Assembly (NCBI GenBank): GCA_041740795.1
Contig: JBGSLH010000014.1
Location: 1 to 43,430 of the forward strand
From: Minisyncoccia bacterium
GTDB taxonomy: Bacteria > Patescibacteriota > Minisyncoccia > Phycocordibacterales > JAACPR01
Length of the DNA: 43,430 nt
Direction: 5' to 3'
Part shown: positions 36,460 to 43,430 of the stretch, piece after piece
Layout: each line of letters begins with the position of its first letter
How positions within the stretch are numbered: position 1 is the first letter of the stretch
The notes under the pieces: generated by a model
The model's input: the letters and a program-made list of their open reading frames with translations, nothing else
Told to the model about the DNA's origin: nothing
The model's database searches: none
Translations under genes and position numbers: made by a program

Positions 36460-36831
36460 ATGAAATTAAAGAAAAGTACACAAGCAAAACTCGCAGCCCT
36501 GAGCAATGCAGCGAGCATCATGTTTATTGGACTGTTCTTGTTCAAATACATTCCGATGCAGGTTTTTGGACAGAACATCAAGTTCGATGCCTCTGCTCAC
36601 ATTACCATTGCAATGTTGTGTCTCTATGTTATCTGGTTCTATATTGATCAAAATAAGTCGTGGCGGACAGTATTTTTTATATTTGCGCTCGTGGTAATTT
36701 CGATCGTGTCCCTTCAAAGGATTCTTGTCGATGCTCACAACGACTTCGGTTTGCTTGCAGGACTCGTACTTTCAATAATTGCAATAGTTTATTCTCAGAA
36801 GAAATATTTTAGAGGCAAGTTTAAATTTTAA
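36460..36831 (+). CDS. Four-TM membrane protein (possibly PAP2-like C-terminus)
   Basis: Four hydrophobic segments; QRI...AH.D..LLAG resembles the PAP2 SR....H...D motif. Confidence 0.65.
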   Translation: MKLKKSTQAKLAALSNAASIMFIGLFLFKYIPMQVFGQNIKFDASAHITIAMLCLYVIWFYIDQNKSWRTVFFIFALVVISIVSLQRILVDAHNDFGLLAGLVLSIIAIVYSQKKYFRGKFKF

Positions 36832-36924
36832 ATACATTGCTCCGTACATCGCTATGACAGTGGGACCGTAACAATAGGATTTCTTTATATTTCCTTTATC
36901 CTGAATCTGTATACTCTAGGAGAT

Positions 36925-37104
36925 ATGAACATTACAAATTCAGACGAATGCCTTGAAGAATGGGAAAGGGAATTCATCCGTACAGGAGACGATTCACTCA
37001 TCCCTGAAGAAGATCGGGAACGAGTACTACATGAAGTCGATCAACTCTATAACGAGATGTACGATATTCTGATCCTTGTCGGAGTGACACCTCAATTGAT
37101 ATAG
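36925..37104 (+). CDS. Small acidic hypothetical protein (not in ORF track)
   Basis: MNITNSDECLEEWEREFIRTGDDSLIPEEDRERVLHEVDQLYNEMYDILILVGVTPQLI, preceded by TATACT and AGGAG. Confidence 0.6.
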   Translation: MNITNSDECLEEWEREFIRTGDDSLIPEEDRERVLHEVDQLYNEMYDILILVGVTPQLI

Positions 37105-37142
37105 CTGTATCACAAAGGAGAGGAGACGCTTGTGAATAATGC

Positions 37143-37177
37143 AAAAGGCGCGGAGGACGAAGTCCTCCGCGCCTTTT
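37143..37177. terminator. Bidirectional terminator
   Basis: AAAAGGCGCGGAGGAC-GAA-GTCCTCCGCGCCTTTT. Confidence 0.88.
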
Positions 37178-37189
37178 AATTTTAAAATA

Positions 37190-37780
37190 TTAACCCTGTG
37201 CTCGCTCTACATATTCATTCTCAACCGTATTCACCACAATTGAGTCTCCTTCGTTCACAAAAATCGGAGTAGTAATCATCGCCCCTGTCTCAATCTTTAC
37301 GAGTTTGTTGGCTCCGTTTGCAGTGTTGCCTTTGACTGCAGGAGGTGCCTCAACAACCTTGAATGTCATTTTGATTGGAAGGGTGATACCGATTACGTTG
37401 TCGTTGTATACGAGTGCATCCACTTCGCAGTTCTCCTTGAGGTACTTGGTTGCATCTCCGAGAAGGGAAGCAAGCAATAATGCTCGATTGGATCGCTTAT
37501 CTCGTTCAAAGAACCAATACTCATTCACTCCTGTTTGCCTGTTTTCCTTCATAAAAGAAAACACGTATTTGGTTCGGTTAAGATCTGCTTCAACTACAGT
37601 ATCCTGTGCATGGAAGGTTTCCTGACGTACTGATCCATTGGTAAGGTTTCTTAATTTTGTTTGGTTTACGGGCTTTCGTTGTTGTTTTCGAAATACATGT
37701 GCCTCAAGCACTTCGTATGGATCGCCATCAAGTACGATATACTTGCGTTCTTTGATCTCGTTGTAATTTAACATAGACAT
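37190..37780 (-). CDS. efp: Elongation factor P
   Basis: DG.PY.V, TKLRNL..G, P.VKGNTA, K....ETGA....P.FV..GD.I.VNT...EY.ER. Confidence 0.93.
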   Translation of the reverse strand: MSMLNYNEIKERKYIVLDGDPYEVLEAHVFRKQQRKPVNQTKLRNLTNGSVRQETFHAQDTVVEADLNRTKYVFSFMKENRQTGVNEYWFFERDKRSNRALLLASLLGDATKYLKENCEVDALVYNDNVIGITLPIKMTFKVVEAPPAVKGNTANGANKLVKIETGAMITTPIFVNEGDSIVVNTVENEYVERAQG

Positions 37781-37883
37781 AGTTCAACGATTGTATCAAA
37801 GATCTCGCAAAAGGGAAGTAATAATTCGTCCAGTATATTATCTAGAGTAAAAATCATAATAATAATGATACTATTAGGGATAT

Positions 37884-38504
37884 ATGAGATTTATATCTAA
37901 TCGAAGAGGTTTTACTCTTATCGAACTACTTGTAGTTATTTCTATTATCTCTCTTTTATCAAGTGTTGTGCTTGCAAGTGTGAGAGATGCAAGAGATAAG
38001 GCGCAGGGCTCACAATATATTCAAGGAGCACTGCAATTACAAAATGCACTTGAATTATATAAAGCAGATTATGGAAAATACCCGAATGAAGGAGCTATTA
38101 TAACTTCTGGATCTTATGGAAATTTTTATACTAAAGATGGTTTAGAATCTGCCTTAGCTAGTAAGTATATACCAACTATCCCTAACGTAGGTGATACACA
38201 AGAGAATTATCCAGATCTTTTAGTCTACTCTACAGGTATTTATCAAGATTCACTTTATGATTTGTGGAAACTTGAACAAGGGAATGAAGGAGAAGGTTGG
38301 GTAGCTTTGGCTTGTGGTGGAAAAATACCAACCGCATATATAGTAGCTTTTTATAGCAAAGTAGAATTAAATTTTAATAAAGTTGGCTGGATTGAGAGTT
38401 ATTTAAATCAAGAAACTCTCACAGAAGGTTCACAAGCAAGCGGTAATCCTTGGGGTGGATTAGGGTATGATTCCTTTGAGAATTGGTATTGTGTAAGTAT
38501 GTAA
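37884..38504 (+). CDS. Type IV pilin / type II secretion pseudopilin-like protein, AT-rich
   Basis: Prepilin motif RGFTLIELLVVISII; ALELY..D.G.YP. Confidence 0.9.
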   Translation: MRFISNRRGFTLIELLVVISIISLLSSVVLASVRDARDKAQGSQYIQGALQLQNALELYKADYGKYPNEGAIITSGSYGNFYTKDGLESALASKYIPTIPNVGDTQENYPDLLVYSTGIYQDSLYDLWKLEQGNEGEGWVALACGGKIPTAYIVAFYSKVELNFNKVGWIESYLNQETLTEGSQASGNPWGGLGYDSFENWYCVSM

Positions 38505-38524
38505 TAATTTATCCATTATAAATA

Positions 38525-38561
38525 AAAAACAGGCGGCCCCTTCGGGGCCGCCTGTTTTTTT
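38525..38561. terminator. Bidirectional terminator
   Basis: AAAAAACAGGCGGCCCC-TTC-GGGGCCGCCTGTTTTTT. Confidence 0.88.
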
Positions 38562-38570
38562 AATCAAATA

Positions 38571-39593
38571 TTATGCAACCGCCTCCTCCTTAAACTTCTT
38601 CCGAATCAACCTCAAAATCTCATCTGTAATCTTCGGATTCTCCCGCAAAAATGTCCGTGCTGCGTCATATCCTCGTCCGAGCTTGTGCTCGCCAAACGCG
38701 TAGGAAGTCCCTGCTTTCTGAATGATTGAGTATTTTTCACCAAGTGCAATAACTTCTCCTTCTTTTGAGATACCTTCGTTGTACATGAGGTCGAACTCGG
38801 TAAGTTTGAATGGGGCAGCAACTTTGTTCTTCACAACCTTTACTCGACATCTTCCCCCCATTATTTCTTCACCTTTTTTGATCTGAGCAATTCGTCGAAT
38901 ATCTAATCGTACAGAGGTGTAGAATTTGAGAGCCTTTCCTCCTGGTGTAGTTTCTGGATTACCGAACATTACTCCAATCTGCATTCGAATTTGGTTAATG
39001 AAGATTACAATAGTTTTGCTTTTTGCTGTGATAGCTGTAAGTTTTCGTAATGCTTGTGACATGAGTCGAGCTTGCTTGCCGACATGATGAGCTCCCATGT
39101 CACCTTCGATTTCATCTTTGGGAGTAAGTGCCGCAACGGAGTCAATAACGATGATGTCCATCTTGCCACTTCGAACGAGACTTTCTACAATCTCAAGTGC
39201 TTGTTCTCCAGTATCTGGTTGTGAAATAAGAAGTTCTTCAACTTTTACTCCGAGTCGTTTGGCGTACTCAGGATCAAGAGCATGTTCGGCATCGATAAAT
39301 GCGCAGACCCCACCTTTTTTTTGTGCTTCGGCGATTGCGTGGAGGGTGAGGGTAGTCTTACCTGATGATTCTGGTCCAAACACTTCGATGATTCGTCCTC
39401 GTGGATATCCTCCAACTCCAAGTGCCTCGTCGAGACCGATTGATCCGGATGGGATCGCATCGATATTGGTCTTGGGTTTGTCGCCAAGCTTCATAATTGC
39501 TTCTTCTCCGAACTTTGTTTTGATCTCCCGTAGTGTTTCTTCTATCGTACTTTCTGATGTGATTGTTTTTGTTGATGTTTTTTTCTTTGCCAT
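38571..39593 (-). CDS. recA: Recombinase RecA
   Basis: [47 protein letters not shown]. Confidence 0.99.
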   Translation of the reverse strand: MAKKKTSTKTITSESTIEETLREIKTKFGEEAIMKLGDKPKTNIDAIPSGSIGLDEALGVGGYPRGRIIEVFGPESSGKTTLTLHAIAEAQKKGGVCAFIDAEHALDPEYAKRLGVKVEELLISQPDTGEQALEIVESLVRSGKMDIIVIDSVAALTPKDEIEGDMGAHHVGKQARLMSQALRKLTAITAKSKTIVIFINQIRMQIGVMFGNPETTPGGKALKFYTSVRLDIRRIAQIKKGEEIMGGRCRVKVVKNKVAAPFKLTEFDLMYNEGISKEGEVIALGEKYSIIQKAGTSYAFGEHKLGRGYDAARTFLRENPKITDEILRLIRKKFKEEAVA

Positions 39594-39638
39594 GTCATTA
39601 CTGTTACATATCCGTCCTGATAATTCTATAAAAATATT

Positions 39639-40175
39639 TTAAAGTTCTGATGAAAGAGGAACGGTCATCACGGTACTTGAAGCAGTGGTGACAACTGTCG
39701 TTGAACCTACATCCGAAACTTCCTCCTGAACCTCTTCTTTTGAAACTGTCGAAGACGAGTGTTCCTGGGCACGAAGAGCAATCTTCTCGTATTCGATCGT
39801 GGGTGAAGCATTTCCTGCTGCATACACGACATCTATTTTTTCACGCGCTTCCTTACCGAACTTGTCTCGAGCGTATATGTCAATTACACTCACTCCATTT
39901 GAAAGCAACAACTTTTCATTAAAATTACCTGCTTCATCAACCATAATAGGTCTATTGTTGATTGTGATGTACGAAGAGTGTTGTATGTTGCCTTGAAGTA
40001 ACAAGTTCTTGGAGTCCGTACGGATTATGTTGCTTGAAGCGCTCTTATCTATGTTTGCGAGCACTATCTCTGGTCCCTGAAGGAGGAATCTGCTATTGAA
40101 GAACGCGTACCCGACTAGGCAAATGACTGCAATCGAGAAGAAAATCTTGTGAGGTGTAGGTGTGTTGTATAGCAT
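39639..40175 (-). CDS. Membrane-anchored Ig-like hypothetical protein
   Basis: N-terminal TM; IN...I.VDE.G.F.E.L.L..G...I.I.A.D.FG pattern; Ser/Thr-rich tail. Confidence 0.7.
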   Translation of the reverse strand: MLYNTPTPHKIFFSIAVICLVGYAFFNSRFLLQGPEIVLANIDKSASSNIIRTDSKNLLLQGNIQHSSYITINNRPIMVDEAGNFNEKLLLSNGVSVIDIYARDKFGKEAREKIDVVYAAGNASPTIEYEKIALRAQEHSSSTVSKEEVQEEVSDVGSTTVVTTASSTVMTVPLSSEL

Positions 40176-40176
40176 A

Positions 40177-42420
40177 TTACATTCTATTTAGGGCGTTCTG
40201 GTTTTCTTCTGGTGTATATTCGTTTGTACCTTGGTTTGCTCCTCCGATGAGAACTTCACGTGGTTTTGAGCCATTCTCGGGTCCTACAATACCTTGTTCC
40301 TCGAGCTGATCCATCAATCGAGCTGCCCTGGCATATCCGACACCGAGCTTGCGCTGGATGTAGGATGTACTTCCTTTGCCGGCCGACACGACTGCTTGCT
40401 TTGCATCTTCAAAGAGATCATCCAGGTCTGCACTTGAATCGCTTCCGTCGAGTGAGGCGATTATTGATGCGACTCCTGTCTGGTCTTCAAGTTTGAGGTC
40501 TACAACTTCGGATTCATAGTTGGATGCGAGCCAGTCTGCAACTTTTTTTACTTCCTGTTCCGAAATAAATGCGGACTGAATACGGATAGGTTTTGCCATT
40601 TCTCCTGACATGAAGAGCATGTCTCCTGCTCCAAGAAGTTTTTCTGCTCCTGGCATATCAAGGATTGTTCGTGAGTCGATCTGTGATGCTACTTGGAGTG
40701 CGAGACGGGTAGGGACGTTCGCCTTGATGAGACCAGTGATGACGTTTACAGACGGCCTTTGTGTCGAAAGGATGAGATGAATGCCGACTGCTCGTGACAT
40801 CTGTGCGAGGCGTACGATTGCAGATTCGAGTTCACGAGGGAATGCCTGCATGATATCTGCAAGTTCATCTATGACAATTACTATATATGGCATTGCAGGA
40901 GGAATCTGATCTTCTTCGATGATTTTGTTCTTGGCACTTGCAATGGCGGGTTTAAGAATTGAATCTTGATATGACTTAACGTCTCGAACTGCGTACTTTT
41001 CAAGAATTCCATACCGTCTATCCATTTCTTTTGCTGCCCACTTGAGTGAAAGAATTGCCTTCTTGGCATCTGTGATTACGTTGGTAAGTAGATGAGGGAT
41101 TTTGTTATATAGAGTAAGTTCGACTCGCTTAGGGTCAATCATGATGAATTTGAGATCGTCTGGTGAATTACGATAGAGGAGAGAAACAAGGATTGCATGG
41201 ATCGTTACTGATTTACCAGAACCTGTCGCTCCGGCGATAAGCATGTGAGGCATCTTGGCAATGTCATTAAAGATAGGTTGCCCTGTGATTCCTTTTCCAA
41301 GACACGTTAGAAGCTGTTTGTCCGAATTTTTAAAATCAAGGTGATCAAGCATCGATCCAAGTCCTACCTTAGTCTTGGTGGTGTTAGGTATCTCAATACC
41401 TACGAGTGACTTGCCTGGGATAGGTGCTTCGACTCGAAGTGGGTGGGCGGCGAGTGCGAGGGAGAGGTCGTTTTGGAGACCAACAATCTTGGCAAGCTTC
41501 ACTCCCTCTGCAGGCTTGAGGGCATATCGTGTCACTGATGGTCCGATCGAAACTTCATCCATTTCTACCTGAATACCAAAATTGAACAGTGTACGTTTGA
41601 TAATATTCGCGTTCGCCTTGATGTCACCAACTCCAGGTTTTCCTGAATCTTTTTCGAGAAGGGTAAGAGGTGGTGGAGTAAATACCTTGCCTGATGCGGA
41701 ACCTGGGAAAAAGATAAGACCGCTTGATTTTTTGGGAGACATATCGTCATCTTCCTCTAGTTCGAGTTTTTTCTTGGGTTCGATCTTGGTCGCATCGTCG
41801 GACTTGCCGTCATCCTTCGCATCCGCTTCAAGAGGGATGTTGGTCTTGAGTTCCTGAGCTTCCGTGAATTCTTTCTGGGCTTTGGGATCTGTCTCGAGCG
41901 ATTCCTGTTTTTTGAACATGGAGAGCTTGATCTTGGCTTCGAGGACGAAAATCGTAGAAATCAGAATCATACCAAAAGTCAGTACGAGACTGACCCAAAA
42001 ATCAAACATACTCACAAGAGGTCGTGCGATCAAGGAACCGATAATTCCTCCACTTATATAGTCTGTCTCGATCGAAAGTAGACTGACGAATACGAGACCT
42101 GAAACAAAGAGGATAAAGGAAGCGATTACTTTTGGAGCTGCGAGATTCTTTTTTATCTCTTTAAGAAAAGAAAAACCAAGAATGGAAAGGATGATAGGGA
42201 GAAGGTAATATCCGATACCAAAGAGATATCGGAGGGCCTGAAATATCGCACGCCCTACGTTCCCGTTCGTACTCTCTGTGGAGTTCCCACCGAAGGCAAT
42301 CAATATAAGGAATAGTGCAACTACAAAAAAACTGACCGCCCAGATTGTTTCGAGCGTTTCTTCTTTTATGTGTTTCAACATACTTTCTTTTTCGATGTCA
42401 GCCTTCTTTTTGCGTCCCAT
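40177..42420 (-). CDS. ftsK: DNA translocase FtsK/SpoIIIE
   Basis: N-terminal TM helices; PHMLIAGATGSGKS, IDPK.VEL, IDELAD, STQRPSV, GAEKLLG.GDML; gamma domain QRKL.VGY.RAAR. Confidence 0.97.
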   Translation of the reverse strand: MGRKKKADIEKESMLKHIKEETLETIWAVSFFVVALFLILIAFGGNSTESTNGNVGRAIFQALRYLFGIGYYLLPIILSILGFSFLKEIKKNLAAPKVIASFILFVSGLVFVSLLSIETDYISGGIIGSLIARPLVSMFDFWVSLVLTFGMILISTIFVLEAKIKLSMFKKQESLETDPKAQKEFTEAQELKTNIPLEADAKDDGKSDDATKIEPKKKLELEEDDDMSPKKSSGLIFFPGSASGKVFTPPPLTLLEKDSGKPGVGDIKANANIIKRTLFNFGIQVEMDEVSIGPSVTRYALKPAEGVKLAKIVGLQNDLSLALAAHPLRVEAPIPGKSLVGIEIPNTTKTKVGLGSMLDHLDFKNSDKQLLTCLGKGITGQPIFNDIAKMPHMLIAGATGSGKSVTIHAILVSLLYRNSPDDLKFIMIDPKRVELTLYNKIPHLLTNVITDAKKAILSLKWAAKEMDRRYGILEKYAVRDVKSYQDSILKPAIASAKNKIIEEDQIPPAMPYIVIVIDELADIMQAFPRELESAIVRLAQMSRAVGIHLILSTQRPSVNVITGLIKANVPTRLALQVASQIDSRTILDMPGAEKLLGAGDMLFMSGEMAKPIRIQSAFISEQEVKKVADWLASNYESEVVDLKLEDQTGVASIIASLDGSDSSADLDDLFEDAKQAVVSAGKGSTSYIQRKLGVGYARAARLMDQLEEQGIVGPENGSKPREVLIGGANQGTNEYTPEENQNALNRM

Positions 42421-42445
42421 ATGATTGCATTTATTTTAACACACC

Positions 42446-42454
42446 TGTGGATAA
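42446..42454 (-). promoter_or_regulatory. DnaA box
   Basis: TGTGGATAA, the reverse complement of consensus TTATCCACA. Confidence 0.5.
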
Positions 42455-42480
42455 AATACCTTTTAAAATAAAGATGAAAC

Positions 42481-43323
42481 ATAAAAGACACCCCGTAATT
42501 TGCTTTAATGTATAAAAAGATATAATGTCCTATATATCAAGTAAGATTTTATAAAAGACATACACAAACCTATGGATAAAAGACAAACAGATAGTGAAAG
42601 ATATGTAGCCAATAAGTTCAATGAATACAAGGAATTTATAAAGGACAAACAAGTATCTTTTGTGATTCGCAAGTCAGAAAGGATTGTCTATGGCATCTAC
42701 ATGCTCTCTCGGTTCATCCCGCAAGAGGAGTCACTTTCTTCGGATCTCAAAAAGACATCACATCACCTACTCGAGACTGTCTCAAAGTTCGTATCCACGA
42801 CTGGTATAACCGAATCCGAGATCGATCGTACTCATGCGCACTTGCAGTACCTCAGTTCGCTTCTCTCACTTGCCTTTATTTCGGGTTATGTTTCAAGCTC
42901 CAATATCGAAATTATAAAAAGCGAAATCAATTATCTTCACAAACATGTCGAAGAGTTATCCACACGTTTTGCGAGTGAGACCGGACAGCTTCACTTCAAG
43001 TCTGATTTGTTTGTGGTAGGGCAGTCGAGGGCATCCAAACATCCTGATGATAAAATGTCCTTTGTCAAAGACACACCCTCTCAAGTTGATCAAAATATGT
43101 CCTTTAACAAATCCAAGCCTCACATCAAGACGCAAACTACTTCTCTTGTGAAACCAAAACCTACCCCATCTATAAATGCAGGAAAAGATACTAGAGAATC
43201 AAGAGTTCTTGATGTTATTCGAGATAAGCGAACTGTGTCTATAAAGGACATATCTTCTGTTATTTTTGATGTAAGTGAAAAGACTATTCAAAGGACTCTT
43301 CAGTTGATGATTGATAAAGGACA
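42481..43323. repeat. Dispersed array of ATAAARGACA-like boxes
   Basis: Exact copies at 42481, 42551, 42576, 42638, 43241, 43314; reverse variants at 42526, 43056, 43098; forward variants at 42748, 43065. Confidence 0.75.
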
Positions 43324-43372
43324 AATTAAAAAAGAAGGCGAAAGACGATGGGCAAAGTATCAACTTGTATAG
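42572..43372 (+). CDS. Protein with helical N-terminal domain and C-terminal DeoR-like winged helix
   Basis: R..RVL.VI....VSIKDI.....VSEKTIQR.L..M...G.I.KEGERRW..Y; K.ERI...IY in a four-helix-like N-terminus. Confidence 0.8.
   Translation: MDKRQTDSERYVANKFNEYKEFIKDKQVSFVIRKSERIVYGIYMLSRFIPQEESLSSDLKKTSHHLLETVSKFVSTTGITESEIDRTHAHLQYLSSLLSLAFISGYVSSSNIEIIKSEINYLHKHVEELSTRFASETGQLHFKSDLFVVGQSRASKHPDDKMSFVKDTPSQVDQNMSFNKSKPHIKTQTTSLVKPKPTPSINAGKDTRESRVLDVIRDKRTVSIKDISSVIFDVSEKTIQRTLQLMIDKGQIKKEGERRWAKYQLV
42956..42964 (+). promoter_or_regulatory. DnaA box inside the HTH gene
   Basis: TTATCCACA exact consensus. Confidence 0.4.
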
Positions 43373-43430
43373 AAATAAAAGAAGAAATCGGACGACTTGA
43401 TCTGGTTGTTCAGAGTTGTTGATTTTATTG

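Noticed and set aside
36832-36924. tRNA or ncRNA in the intergenic gap
   Set aside because: No cloverleaf, T-loop or stable structure recognisable
39097-39642. Long antisense ORF over recA (and similar ones over nrdA, ileS and ftsK)
   Set aside because: Codon-pattern shadows of well-supported genes on the other strand
42421-42571. dif site or confirmed oriC next to ftsK
   Set aside because: No XerC/XerD-like dif match, only a few DnaA boxes, and no dnaA in the window
1-43430. CRISPR array or cas locus
   Set aside because: No regularly spaced direct repeats; the Cas4-like nuclease has no cas neighbours

Overview
A 43.4 kb bacterial chromosomal segment, most likely from a Patescibacteria/CPR (Parcubacteria-like) genome. 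That assignment is inferred from short intergenic spaces, few Shine-Dalgarno sites, rplK not followed by rplA, peptidoglycan-binding, CAP and pilin surface proteins, and an IleRS carrying an inserted domain. The first 15 kb is a dense deoxynucleotide and one-carbon cluster (nrdAB, folD, thyA-folA-dcd, a second DHFR-like gene, a dCMP deaminase, glyA, tmk, dut) interleaved with secE-nusG-rplK. The rest holds tRNA ligases (argS, ileS, glyQS, metG), rpsF-ssb-rpsR, efp, recO, recA, ftsK and several orphan genes with their own promoters or terminators. The strongest candidate for a new system is a possible alternative thymidylate route through cytosine. The ThyA homolog has Asp at the Asn177 specificity position (a dCMP-type signature), the co-transcribed Dcd homolog lacks the catalytic deaminase Glu, and a dCMP deaminase lies nearby. 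Together these suggest dCTP -> dCMP -> 5-methyl-dCMP -> dTMP. Other highlights are a class Ic-type (Mn/Fe) NrdB, an array of ATAAARGACA boxes and DnaA boxes in and around a winged-helix gene divergent from ftsK, pervasive leaderless promoter architecture, an EF-P with Gln at the loop tip, and an IleRS with an inserted histidine-phosphatase domain. All alignments were done by eye and no searches were run.
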